A stretch of 64,000 bases of DNA from Trichoplax adhaerens (taxonomy: Eukaryota > Animalia > Placozoa), in assembly GCF_000150275.1 (NCBI RefSeq), contig NW_002060954.1, positions 1,488,001-1,552,000 of the forward strand. The letters run 5' to 3'. Positions 1 through 14,590 of this stretch are shown here, in pieces. A model generated the notes under the pieces. It had not been told where the DNA came from, made no database searches, and was given only the letters and a program-made list of their open reading frames with translations. The position numbers and the translations under genes were made by a program. Within the stretch, counting starts at the first letter, position 1. The number at the start of each line of letters is the position of its first letter.

Positions 1-924
1 TTTGCTACTCCCTGTGAAACAATATTGTATCACTCATATCTAAGTATCGACTTAATACAATAGCAACCTTAATATTTGATACCAGTTTCTCAATTAGATA
101 CTATTCTCAGACTGTATACGTAATCGTAAATACTTTGTAAAGTGATTGATAAGGCATGAAGCTTCGACAGAGAAAACTTGTAGCAATTATATAGTGATCG
201 GCAATGACACAAATTTACTCCCTCTATTCTTCTAAATAATCTATGATAATCGAGGTTAAGCGTCCTTCTAGTTGCGTGACAGTATAATTGATCCCTCATG
301 GTTTAAACTTCTATACATAATCAACGCAATTTACAATTATTTACGTCGAAAATAACACAGGATTTATGACAAACAAATGCACCATACCTATCAATTCAGT
401 ATCTAAGTATATTACTGCATTGTTGCCTGTACTATTCCACTGCACATTCACTAGGTAAGCCTACAAATGCTATTCATGATTAGTACTCTATATGAAGTAG
501 TACTGTACTGGGCATATGACTTTACTAATCGTGGAAAATTATGACTGAGTGAATTTATCATTACATTTTGTGCCCTAGCGTTTGCCATGACTACATATCA
601 TATGTTTATTTAGTATGCGAATGATTCGATTAACTTAACGAGTAAGGTTTCAAGATACTGTAGTTAAACAATACAATCATTTCTGTATTCATGGACTACA
701 GTACTTGAATCATTGGTCCATTATAGTGTGTAAAATATAATGAAAGCTAAGATTATGTACCAAACCAGTAGATATCATTAAGGTATCAACTGCTATCTCG
801 AGCGCTGTACAACCGTGTAATAGTAACACGAACGAGAGAAAATAATTAGACTAGTTTACAAACAAAATAAAGCTGTTGTACTACAAATATCATAGCAATT
901 GCCAGGCCAACGCCTTTTAATCTC

Positions 925-938
925 GTTTCCATGACAGC
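925..938 (+). promoter_or_regulatory. RFX X-box-like element (GTTTCCATGACAGC) upstream of the ciliary gene TBC1D32
   Basis: One mismatch to the X-box consensus GYTNYYATRRNRAC, about 230 bp upstream of the start codon. A second, weaker site TTTGCCATGACTAC lies at 581-594. Ciliary genes are typical RFX targets. Confidence 0.5.
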
Positions 939-1169
939 AACTTGCAGAAGCGCTATCGCCGTGCAAGTACAGTATAGTGATGAATACGGTAGCACCGCTA
1001 GTAAAAGAGTATATATATACAGTAGTATAGCATCATTGTATCTTTTTCGGCCCTAGTAAGAAATCTATCATACGTTTAAGTCTCTATATAGGATCTTGAC
1101 TGTAAACTTGTCTGTTATATCAAAACAAGGACAACACATGTACATGACTGTATGTACATAGAAGCCAAC

Positions 1170-4100
1170 ATGGCAACCGCGGACAAAACTGATCCAATCG
1201 TTAATAAGGAACAATCCTCAATTCATAAAGATGGAGAAATTCCTAGCGAAGACCTACGTAGAGGAATAGAGCAATTAGTTGAACGTTTGACTGTTATCAT
1301 GAATGAAACCCGTTCAATTTCAGCTACGGAAGATATACTGTTGAATTTAGAAAGCACGGATGAGAATTTCCATAAGTAAATTCATACACTGTATACAAAC
1401 AACTTATTCATACACTTATATGTTACGTATGGATAAACATGTACTAGTACAGTATACACCCTACAGTATTGTTATTGAATAGAAGATAATGACTGAAGCC
1501 TATGGTAAAGTTAGTAAATTTATCTAGATTAAAATAAAATATGTTTTATTTATTTTACTTGATTTTGCTAGATATGAGTTAGTTAAACTATTACGGAGGA
1601 AGATTGAGACACAACTGGGTCCACTTATTGATGATGAGTTAGATCGGATTAGCCTAAGTAAAGAAGCACAACAAGATCATATATCGAATCTATGCAATAA
1701 AATCTTATCTTCTCAAGAGTTAGTAGCACTCAATATTTACTATCGTTGTTGTTGCATACAATCACTCAAAAATCATCAAAATTTTTACCATGCAGATTTT
1801 CAAATTTCTCTCATTCACTCCATTACGAAATAAAAACTATTATAGATGATTTGGTATGCGATTGGATATTACAGAAGAGTACTTTGAGATATTTAATCTT
1901 TCTAAAAAGACTAATAACATTATAGATTACTCTACGAAATAATTTTTGTACTGATTGCGAGCATAAAATGACGTAGCTACTTCATATTTTGGGATTTAGG
2001 TGCAGAATTATCATGACGACATTCACTATCACACCAATCAAATGGAAGGTATAAAAACTAAGTCTGGAATTATAAAAGACGAGATTATTTTTTTAAATAG
2101 TAGTTCAGAAGACGACAGCGAATATTCTTCGGTATGGCAATTAATAATGATAATGATAAATATTCGTAACTTACTCATTAATTAACAAACCAAATTATAC
2201 CCTAAGTAACAAAAACTACCGATTAATTATATTCTTATATCGGGCTGGGATTTCATCGCAATAAACAATTGCTATCATGAAAATTTTACTAGACCGAGGA
2301 CTTTTTTTTCACATCTCAAAAGAAGCTCAATTCGATTGCAAAGAACTTAGGTAAAGAAAATACTAAAGAGGTATGTCTATAGGCTATTACTGTAAGACTA
2401 TTTCCTATCATTTTGCATATATATTATTAAGTTATTGAACTAGTAAAATGATATTTTAGCTTCCATCCAGCAACTTTACTTCCTCATGACAGTTAGTATG
2501 TTATTACTTTGACCGGTCGTCTCATGTTTCTCATTTAGGATCGCCTTCGCGCAGTTAGAGCATTATCTAATATGCCAGAATCGGATATTATAAGTGGAGA
2601 TTTTTGGTCAATACTATTTGAGAATTTAACAACTATATTATCGGATGACGATAGAGAAATAGCTGTGAGTTACCATGCTTTAGTATGATAATAGAAGTGA
2701 AATTAATATTTATACTATTGAATATTATTTCTCAAATTACAATATAGTTTTATAAGCAAAAACTTATATGATTATCAAGTTTTAAGCGTTACTTGAGAAA
2801 CAAAATATCAAATACTCTTGTATTAGTTCTATGCAAGCTAAAATTAAATTTATTCAGAGATTCTATTATATATTCGTATATACTGTGTTACTGTGATACG
2901 TAATACTCCGACGCATGACATATAACCTAAAGAAAGCATGTTCTATTTCTTTGTATAAAAACTAATTTGCCGATATTATTTATATCGTACGCTGAAGGAA
3001 TCAGGTCTTTGCTTTCTGGAATCTGTACTGTCATCCTCTGACTACTTACTTACAACTCATATCTATAGTACTTTAGGTAAGTTAATTAAGTAGCATTATT
3101 TCCTGTTGTATCACCATCACAACCAGATTGCCTGGCTGTAGTCTAATTGCTATAAATAAAAACGATTATGGATAACTTTATAGAGCTGAACAATTTTAAT
3201 ACTGATATGCAGTTTTTATACAGTCTTGGATATTATCAACCCTACTACAGAAGTAACGGAATATAAATATATGCAGTATTTCACTGATTGTAGCATAAAA
3301 TTTTTCTGCATTTTTAGTGCTCCACATCACTTAAATATCAATTAACGCCAATTTCTAATCGAAATTCATTCAGTCAAATCATTATATTGTAATCATCTAA
3401 TCAATGATAGAATAAAATCTAAAGTTACTGCTTGTATCCCAGATCAAAATATAAATATCAATCGATGCTAACTTTAATTTAAATACTGTTAATTATGTAA
3501 TATGTGCCCTTACATTTTACAGTAAATTATTTACAAAGCTTCTTCGCTGACCCTGATAATAAAAAATACAGTCAAGAAGTTTTCGACATAAACCAAACTC
3601 AATTCAATCATTTGTTGAAAGGAGTAAGTATACTAAATTGAAGAATTGGCTCTGCAACCGAATGATAACCTCTTACATGAAATTTCTTCATATACTTTCT
3701 ATTAACTCAGATGCGACTAATGAATTTATTCCTGCGCGATATGGCACCTTACCTAGTTCGCTATTCAGAGAAGTATGCTATAGTCTCAAATCCATTTGAA
3801 TTTAATATCCTAATATGATTCTAGTGAAATATTAAGATTTCTGTGAAAGCATATTTCGTTTTGCTATCTCACGGAGCGAATAAATTATCCTATGCAGATC
3901 AGTATAATTGTCATTATTTAATGATCTCACGGAACTTAATCCAAATTAACATTAAAATTGATCTTTTACAACAGCAAAATCAATCTTCTTTAAATACTAT
4001 TTTACGCAGTAAATTAGCCAATACCCATCCTTTACCAATATAATAGTAATTACTTATTAATTTAATAATTAAAGCAAAAACTTTATACCAATTACAGCCT

Positions 4101-7100
4101 ATTCCTCAAATTATGTAAATCAATAATGCTATATCTGGTATAAATGAGATATAGTTTCATGCTTCTAGCATCCTGCCAGCTCATAATACTGCCATCCACA
4201 GTATTAGCTTTAGCTCTTAATGATACTAAATCTCGAAGAAATCTTAATGAGATACAGAATATAATTATTACTGGATGATCTCTTTCAGTCCCTTCTTATT
4301 TAAATCCCATAATATTGCATAATTTAAATAAATCATATGATGATTCTTAAAATATTTTATCTCCTTCAGATTTATTGTTACCATTATAGAATCAACCCTA
4401 AAATTAATGAATATCTCAACCAGCACTGTACAAATTGGGTCTATTAAAGTTACACCTATGTATTTAATTGGACTAATTGATCCCAATGCTATTTGGTTAG
4501 ACAGAATTACGGTAAGGTGGAATTGTTATAATGGTTAAAGGAAGACTTGTGATACCGTAGGTCGTATGAAACATCGATATTAAAAAACTTAATATACTCA
4601 AATTATAATGTAAGTGAAAAAGGATTTCCTTCTATTCGTTGCAAAATTCTCTAGCAAGGTCACTATACCCGAGAACGCATTTATAAATACGAAACTGAAT
4701 GTAAAGCAATGGTAAAACAAATATTTCCAGTAATCTAGTGGCAATAAATTGACACCGTAACAATTGTAGCAAAGCTATATCTTTTGCATCTTTATAATGA
4801 AATGTATCAATATTAATATACCGTTATTAATATATTATTACAGATAGTATTAGCTATTTCCAAATGTTTTCGTGTCATTAATGATTTCGACCAAGAAATA
4901 ATCATTGCGAACACCAAAGAAGAAAGCGATCAAATGGCCCAAGGTAAAACAAATGGAACCACCATGCAGATTTCCATAGCATGTAAATCGTCTTCATTTG
5001 TAGGAGCAAAACTATTACAGAACAGAAACCTCCATTCCGTCATCGTAGATATGTTTGAGAATGCTGTTATGAAAATCATTATTATCATTTTTCTTGTGTT
5101 CATTGCCTGCTAGAATTTATTAGCCATAATCCGAAGGAATTATCATTTATACAGGCATTTTTTAGTAAATTTACTCAATTTTCTTAACCTGTAATAGAAT
5201 CCCAAGTAAATTTGTTACAGATTTTTATCTTAGTACAACTTCAAAGATTACCCTTTGAACCTGCTTAGGCCAATATCAGAACGATTGCTAACAACAGAAA
5301 TTAATTACATATTCTAGATGGCTTTCACAAATCTCATCTATCTTTACTAACAATATTGAGTTTATTACATCTTTTCGATAAATATTTTGCACTAACGGTA
5401 CCTCAGGCGATTTTATTATCATAAAATTCTCAATTATTAATTTTTATAATGGATAACTACTCCTTTGAATTTGCACAATTAACGTCCCTAAACGGGTGCA
5501 ATAGTTATTATTAACTATACAAAAACTCTTTTAACTTTGACTTCAACTGTGATGAACTAATACACAAGCAGATTCTTATTTACGCCTATTAATAATATCG
5601 ATACTACGTTAATTTCTTTACTGCTACTTTAGATTATGGAATATTATCGAATTAGGCTAAGCTTTTACCGTTAATGAAATGAAAGCCATTTAAACTTATT
5701 CACTTATATTAAATTATAATTTTAAATGACGAGACATTATTCAGTTGAAGTTATTACAATCAGCACTATTAGATCGTTCATATTCCAGTAGATTTAATAT
5801 ACTTAAAGAAAAATATCTGTTTACCAACTGTTCTCGTTAAATTTTATCTACAATTAGCTGCTTACACCTACACCGATGAAAATCTTCAATACTGTGGCTT
5901 CTTCTACAGTCTTAATGTCCTTGGAAATTTCATTTACTATAAAGGTGGCAGACAACTTTTCCCAATTCAACTGCCAAACATTGACGGTGAGCTGCTTATC
6001 ATGGTACTTTCAGTTTTAACTATATACAAATGCCATAAACCAGAATTATTTCGATAGATATCGTTGTAAAGCCGTCCCTAAATATATACTGTAGACTTGG
6101 TTAAATATAACATAGAATACAATCATTTGATCTCTTTTTTATCATATGGATAGACTTCAACGTTGAAGATTTGCTAGTCTATATGATTAAACTTATGATG
6201 GCATTTTCGAAGACCTCTATATCAATAGAAGGTAAGCGTTACCCGAGCAAACAATGTTTCTCCCTGTTATACTATTCTCACTTTAGATTCAATTCCTGTT
6301 ATTCTAACTTGTATTACATAATATTATGACTGTTTCTCTGATCATGGTGTAGATAAACTCAACCCTGCTAGTGTTGTACTGAGAATTCTTCGACGGCTTA
6401 TTGCTAATACCATTACATGTCAACAGTGCATCTGTAAGGTAAAGTTACCCTCTGCCATTAACTCCCTACTACTATGATCACATGAGGTTCAATAAAACTA
6501 AAAATATTAAAGCCGTAACAGCAATCACACTGTATACTTCTTATGGACGTTCGCAATTAATGGATATTCATTACGAGTATTAACGAAAGATAATTTATTC
6601 CCCGGATCATAATAGGAACGATTAATCAATGTATTACTTTCTCCAATAACTTCAATCCTAGAAACAGGCAATGTAAGCAGTTGCTCTGTTGCTTCCTGAT
6701 GTCTTGATTTATAGTAACATTAATCAATCAAATTATCGTTTTCAATATGCGTTTATAATTCGTGATTAGGACATGAAAGGATTCATAGATAACACTTTTG
6801 TATATGTAATTGAAATTTTAATGGCACTTTCCGCCTCGAGTCTTGGTTTCGAATTCTTAATTAAGTGCGTATAACCTAAATAATTAACATTGATCTTATA
6901 ATGTACAGTACAGGAAAGAGTCCGTACTTCTTCTTAAAGAGCTTCATATCTGTAAATCTACTTTTTACTTGCTATATTGACGATAAATAAGATGTGAAAC
7001 GTAATAGCTAATCTTTCATTTTCTTTATTAAATTATATCTGAATTTAAAAAACGTATCATTACTCTATCTTGTTGCAGTTGGAAAGTTCCTATCCGTATC

Positions 7101-10100
7101 TTGGTTCAATTTACAAAAGAATTATTAAAGCCAGATAAATCAGCACAAAAATGGCCTGCTAAATACGTAGTAAAAATTATGACATTTTTTCGACATTTAT
7201 ACCAAACGTGTATTGGTTTCTCGCTGTTGGAGGAACTAGATTCGCATGATACTCTGTTAAATTTTCCATTTAAGGTAAGATAAAGTAGTTTCCTATATAC
7301 GAGTGTGATAAAAGAAGCTAAAAATTCGATAACTTCCAGTGTTTTACTGTATGTAAGTAAGTCTCTGTCACCTGTAATTCTCATAGAGTCTCAAAGTGAA
7401 GCTCTTCCGAACTTATTTTATAGTCAGCAAGTGTCCATATTACATTCTTCTCCAAAATATAGAAATAGGTTCTCTATACGTATTGCAGAATAAGGAAAAA
7501 CAGTTACTTCGTACTATCTTCTCATTCTAGAATTTTACAAGGACATTCAAAGAGTTAAATTGAAAAATATTAACGATGTTGCTAGTAAAATATTAGAGTA
7601 TATATGCTAACAATGTAGAAAAGGAAAAATTTTTGTCTAAACTTGGATCTTGTATCGTAAAACACCATAGTAGTGATAACATCTCTGTGAAAGTAAAACA
7701 ATTTTACAAGACCGATATACTAATTCATTCACCTCGTATAGAATGCACGAATTCACTGTAGAATCACTCAATATGTAATTAGAACCATATTAAGCCTTTA
7801 CGATATGTTTCAATGTAATTAATTAAATAAATAATAGTAATTAGCTGGCAAAGTGGCAGTATGCCTCATTGAAAACTCATTATAGAATCAATTCGATCTA
7901 TAAATAGCACTAAGGGCCAATTTTGCCTCATTAATAGGTTAAAGACCTTAGTTCTACAGCTACGTCATCGTCAAATCTTGACAGTCAGCTTGTTCATTGG
8001 GACTCAAGGTATGATAATGTGTCCGTATATTAATATATATTATTAGAAATAGAATGATCCTGAAATACTCGTATACGATTATTTTGTCATTTTATCAACT
8101 CTTCTCTCTGGGACCTTCAAGGTTATTATGGCAGCTTATCGATTGTATTACATACTATGCTATGACACCCAAGGTAAGCTATGCCAATCTATAAGTTGAT
8201 AAGCAATCGCTAATTAAAGAAAAACCATAAATATAATTCTCGAACTATATAATGATTACGCATTAGGGTGTTTTAAAATTGGAATCACACGATGCACTGG
8301 TCGACTGCGTAAATCATATCTACTACATTTGTTATCAAGATATTCAGGTTAGGGAAACCTAAGATATAATCAGATGTAGTCTTTCCATATTGATATTAAA
8401 TTTTCAAAATCTTAACTGTAATGTAATTCACTTGTTACTAGATTTTAGAACATGAAAAGTTGCCATACTATATTATCCTAACAAATATCACATCCACACC
8501 ACCTGGAATAAATGCTTTACTAAAGACAGGTAATAGAAAGATGTTGCAAAAAAGCGCAGCGTATGAATTTTTATGTTATACGAGTACATCTAATACAATA
8601 ATAAAATATGTGAACTTCTTAAATCTTTAGTATTACTAAAATCTTGCGTTTAGATTATATGAAATATTTGGCTAGTGATATTTGGTCTGCCTTTGATGCT
8701 CAACGGCCTGATGATTTCTTTATTATACCACAAACATTTTTATATTTACCTGGTGATCCAATGGATAAGAAAACCTACGATGTATGATAAAACAGTTATT
8801 GATTCTTGTACCAACTTATAACTTATAGGAAATTTAACTCATATTAAGCTCTATAGCATATTAAATTTAATGCATTTATATTTTCCATGTACAATCACAT
8901 GTAGGTATTTATAGCAATTATTAGACTACTGTCATCATTTCCGGCAGTATACGAAATTCTTTTAAAGGAAACGTTATCACGTGAAAAATCCCTGATTCCG
9001 GTGGAAACACTTGAAGTAATAGTTCTTTTAATACAATGACTGTAAATGGCCATTTCTTTTCATTTCTAATTAATATAAACCAACTTTCTAATAGGATATT
9101 ATTCAGCAAATGATTCTCATCGATATTGAAGAACAGACTTTTGCTGAATGTGATTATTCTCAGTGGCATTTATTTGGACTACGGTATCATATTAGAGATA
9201 GAATCATTAATTGATAGGAAAGTGCTTTAAGATAAAATATTTTTATGCTGTTTATTCGAAATCTTGCTTCCTAGTATGCATTATTATTGATGATAATATT
9301 GAATGCTGGATAGTCATAACTTAGTAATTAATTATGGAATATGTATGGCATTTATGCGCAAGGTTGCTGGAAATTCTTACTACATGCCTTGATACTTATC
9401 TGTTCCTGGAATCGCGTTATGGGCTTCAAAAGTTTTTACTTGAGCGTCAGGAAATATGTAAAATTTGTGATAGGTAATACATTGTAGAATAGGTCAATTT
9501 TATAAAACAAACCCTATGTAACGCCACATATAATATAACTACTGGCTACTTTAAACTAAAAGTATTCTTAATCCAGATTTATCAATAATTAGGATAAATA
9601 CTGTTCTTGCTAAAACAATATTTCAACTAAGGACATAACCAACATATTATTATTCTATACATATGTTTTAAAATCCTGGTACTACTTTTAGTTAGTAATT
9701 CTAGCAGAAAACTTTTAAATAAGACCCCTTATAGAGAAAATATTATTTAATACCTTAGTTATAGGGTGTTTAAGACCATAAAATGAAATTGCAATTTGAG
9801 GATTTGCGCACTATATAGTATACTGTACACGTTGTTAAGAGAATATTCTTTATTTTTTATTATGGATCTCATAAAATGCTCTAATACTCAAGATTAATAA
9901 ATTTAATCAATCTAAGATGAGAAATTTCTAAATACACAACTGTCATTTGTGATGTCATTTGTGATGTTAAAATTATAATATTTAAACATTTTCACTCATC
10001 TAACCAATATTTGAAAGAAGACGCTACAGCATTTTGATGTTATGATCAATCACTTTAGATTTGTCTTACTCATACCTAAATATTGTATATTAAATATTAG

Positions 10101-12985
10101 ATAACTTAATAATAAGCTTATTAATACTAGTACAATTTTCAATGTCAAAATATCTATGATGGATTGTGAGTCTAATATTAGATAATTCTTTTATGATTTT
10201 CATTATGACATTGATGGACTCTAAGATAAAAATTTTGTGAATTGTTTCACTTGTTTTTGTTGCATCTTAAGATTCACATTAATCCTCATATCCATTATTA
10301 CTACCTGAAGTATTTTATTTTTATTCATATCAATGAAGTGACGAATTTATAGCTGATGTCCATTCTATTGAACGCAATCGGATTCTTGTCAGAATTAGCT
10401 CTATTGGTGGTCCCACAGAACGTCATCTTCCTACCAGAGATATCTCGGTTAACTTTATAGATATGAACATATTGTAGATCATCTCGAAAGAATTGTGGTC
10501 TCAGAATTTTCATTTATTATTCCTGTAATGTACTTGTTGCGTTCGAAACAATGATAGCGGATACGTACTTTCGTAATTTTAGAATCCTGAGGATCTACCA
10601 CCTCAATTTTCTTGTCTTCCGCTGCCATCATATTACTTACCAGATATGCAAAATCAAAAATCATCAGTTGCTACAGGTGAAAATCTATCGATGCCATTAT
10701 GTTTAATCAATATTTGGAGTAATGACAAAAAAATAACTTTTATGCTGTTAATTCCTGGCATGAAAAAACTACAGAAATTATAGAAGTAATCAGGTCGCAA
10801 GAGGAATTGAGTAGGTTAGTTGTACGCATTAGGAATTTCATACGACATTTTTAATAGTATGAAAAATTCGCAATCTTTTGCAAATTATCATCAAATGTGT
10901 TCTATAACTTAACTATTGATTTTGAACCGAATATAGTGAGGATTGGTTGAGAAATTGTAAAGACGCATTTTATCGCCTTATTACTTTGGAGCCTGAAAAA
11001 TTGGTTGGAGCCGGTAATTGTTCATGTATATGATTTTTACCATTTTTACCTGCACTCTAATTGCTAATCTATGCCATTTAAAGGTTTATCTGATCTTTTA
11101 TGCGCCGTTTGTGTTGTGTCAGAGAAACAGGAAGTTTATCTACCTAAAATAGGTATTAGCACTTCTTAATTACCATATACTAGTAGGCAATGTTAGGGCA
11201 TAAATTGTTACAACATTACTCACGATAGCTTAAAAATAATGCTCAGTTGATACCAATGTAATAGCAAAGTCTAGAATTAAGGTATAGTACTAATATACTT
11301 TTTTCCATTGAAATCTTTCAGCCACAACAGATAGTGATTTGTCTCGGACACAAGCATTTGATCGTACGAATGATATGATATCGAAAGGGATTTATTTAGT
11401 CATAAAGTAATTACACTATATCATATACGAGCTCGTTAGTTATAACAACTGACAATATTAAAGCTTAACTGTGCCATATACTAAAGCTATTAAAGATATA
11501 TTCTTAATTGATTTAACGTATTTATTAGCTACGGGCAGCGTCTTCATTTACTTGAAAATACGCCGAATAACTATTCAAATTTATCAAGCCTTTATCATCG
11601 TTTTTATAATCACCTAAAAGGTTAGCATAGTTTAATTCATCTATTTATGGAATAATTTACCGTAACTATTCTTGCACTGTATTAACAATGGAATTTCGAA
11701 TTAGTTGATTCATCGAATAAGTACACAGGATTTGATTGGTTTGCTGCCACTGTATACTTAATGCTACGCGGTAATTCTGATTTAACATGGGACTTTCTAT
11801 GCCGATTTTCTACAACATTATCATCTTTATTTTTATGGATGCCACGTGTTTACGCGGTATGTATGCATTAATTAAGATGCTACAATCGTTACAGCAATAA
11901 TGGTCAATACTTCAAAACTATTAAATTGTGCATTTTATGATGTGTTCAATCGGCACAATCCTGTATTTTATTATAGGGAGTGACTTCAAGTCCATTGCTT
12001 GATTCGGAAATTCATCCAACTTTTTCCATAATCTGCCACGAAATCGATCGCGTTTTACAAGTAAAAATATAATCGTCAAATTCGCTAAATTTCGTCTAGA
12101 GAAAGTAGCAGATATAAGTAGAAAAGTGATTTTATACGTTTCACAACCCTTAAAAGATTGTCTTAAATATCTTATAGCTTGAATTACCACTGGTTCATTC
12201 TGCTTTTCTTATGGCTGGATATCCAGTATCACAAGTATGCCACTATTCAATGAAGAATTCTGAAATACATGATATAGTGACATTTAGTATCAGACCTGCG
12301 TTATAATATATAGTGTTAAATGTAATAAGTTAACCTTTAATTTAATTTTATGCCACCAAAATCTTAATTTATTTCATCATGGGTCTTTTTCTAATTTTAG
12401 ATTTGCCAACATTGGCTAAGACAAATGTTTTGGAATTTCTTAGATTGGCAGGAAATTTGCTACTATCTATCGATATGTATTATTTTAGGTGCTGATTATC
12501 AGGTTAGTATGATAGTTTAGATAATTACGGTATACGATAGTTAAGGTTAAGACCAATACACCTACAGTATATCCATCCTGCGGAATCTTTCAAACACTCT
12601 ATTGTTGCAAACACTGCTATGATATCACCATTAAATGTTATGGCGGATGAATGTATTTGTCTAGGTATACTTTTGTATATCGATACTTCGTCATCTTCAA
12701 GATAACATCATAGAACAAACACAAAATAGAACATTGATCCCGTTCTTAAAAGTAACTAATAGAAATAAAGCATCATTAAGATTTATATAAATTAATAGTA
12801 TTATTTGTAATAAGCAATATTAAGGTATATTGATTGTTTGCATTTTGTATTGTATGAAGGGAGAGCCAATTCGAAATTTTACCATTAATAATTATATAGC
12901 GAGCATGAAGGAAATGGAAATTAAGTATCGAACGTCAATCATGACTAGGTTAATAGAATTTTCTAAAATTATCTTAGCAAAGTAA
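1170..12985 (+). CDS. TBC1D32: Protein broad-minded (BROMI / TBC1 domain family member 32), multi-exon gene (many short introns; internal exon boundaries only partly resolved)
   Basis: Exon 1 (ATG 1170 in ccaacATGg context, alternative ATG 1152; donor after 1375) spliced to exon 2 (from 1572) gives [40 protein letters not shown], matching the BROMI N-terminus ([24 protein letters not shown], recalled). Internal exons: [26 protein letters not shown] (~10350-10447), [21 protein letters not shown] (~10583-10676), [17 protein letters not shown] (~11720). C-terminal exons: [33 protein letters not shown] (~12401-12502), [12 protein letters not shown] (~12665), and last exon 12860-12985 GEPIRNF...KIILAK-TAA. 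Confidence 0.92.
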
Positions 12986-14297
12986 TGCTCATATTCCATT
13001 TTAAAAGCTGTTTTATAGTGAATGAATATATTTAAATTTGATTTTTATTACGGTTTTATTTATTATTTGTTATTAAGAATGACAAATTATATTTCTGCCA
13101 ATATGTTCAAAGAATAGAATTCTTTATACCTAAATTATTTTGATAATAGAATTTTTTTCTCTCGGCGGTAATACCGCTTAGCCAATCAAGCCTACAATAA
13201 TTACAATTATATATGTGAAAATCTTTTTATAAAATACTATAATTACTATACTTTAACACTGGCACTGTGTTGCAATATAAAATAATTTAGAATATGTAAA
13301 AGGTTTATTATCCTCTTGATTTAGATAAATGAATTTATATACTTTTACTTAGAATTATACCATTGACACGATACTGTATCGTTCCGGGACATACTTTTAA
13401 AATAGATTTTATAGATAAAAAAGGATAACTATGCAAAACAATAGCTAGACGATTGAATGATTTCACAAGTAAATTTCATGATCTTTTATGTCTAAACTTA
13501 TCTATTTATTTAGATTTATTAGCATCGATTCATCAATCGTGCAATTTATACGCGTATATGACATACTGTTATATATTGTAATGTATTAAGGCCAGCCGTT
13601 ATTGCTAAATTTTAAGCTGGTTACGAAGCTATAAATTCTATGAAATTATCAGCAGATTATTATGTTTTTAGCTATGTATTACAGTGTAAGAAGATTTGCA
13701 TAATATTACTGATTTCAATGACACATACTTTGGATGAGCTTAATATCTTAATTTGGTACTTTTGTACTAAAAAAGTTGACTTCAACAACAGTTGTATGAC
13801 TTGATTCAATAAAATTCTGAGATTATCGTACGGAATTCTATTAAAGCTTCGAATGGGTACTGTCAATATTGATGTATTTTAATTTAATGGCTTGTTGCGA
13901 AGGTTGTTAAGTGATTTAATTTTCAAGCGAGCTGAATGTTACTGACAACCTCCATTTGATTGCCATAAATAAATACGTGTATTCGAATAGCTGATAAGAG
14001 TATATTTGCCATGGTGATACGTTATCATCTATTATACTTATAATAATACTAATTGGTATCCAATTTAATGTTGTATATCAACATGACAGAACTGCCGGAA
14101 TAGTCAATAGTGGGTTCTACAAGTACCGTTCTCCCATAGTTCGATGGAAAGGAGGGTGCATGGGATGTAACTGCTGATTATATAGTACGAATGATGAGCC
14201 TATTAAAAGCGTTGTCTTTTTACTGTACAGTAGTATGGAGTAGTTACCGCAGCTGCCTTAAATTCAATTTTAATATAACTATTAAGTTAACTTATTA

Positions 14298-14590
14298 GGA
14301 GGTAGTCTGTATATCTGGTATTCATTCGAAAGAAACAACAATGACTGCACGGCAAATTCTTTTCAGATCATTAAACTACAGTATGTTGCAAGAAATGTTT
14401 ATTCTGAGCTACTGCTGTTTGTATCTACATATACGTTGATAGCTGTGATTGATTTTTGATGTCCCTGCTTCACGGTTTAGCGCATAATTTGACTAATGGC
14501 TTCTACAGTAATGTATACTTGATGATAATCAAGAAATTGAAATTTTAGAACATTACTGATGTGAGCGTAGCGAGCGGGGGCAGTTGCTAG
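14298..14590 (+). mobile_element. Possible degraded Helitron 3' terminus
   Basis: GC-rich GTGAGCGTAGCGAGCGGGGGCAGTTG followed by CTAG|T (14561-14591) resembles animal Helitron 3' ends. An upstream open frame GGSLYIWYS...ARNVYSELL loosely resembles the RepHel helicase C-terminus (GQLYVALSR...NxVYxEVL). Confidence 0.3.

Noticed and set aside
1-320. Possible 5' exons of a minus-strand gene head-to-head with TBC1D32 (ORF 90-299, donor-like GGG|GTAAAT)
   Set aside because: No recognisable protein similarity, and it is truncated by the window edge.
10325-10664. Two minus-strand ORFs that looked like a nested gene in TBC1D32
   Set aside because: They are antisense to real plus-strand BROMI exons ([18 protein letters not shown]; [15 protein letters not shown]).
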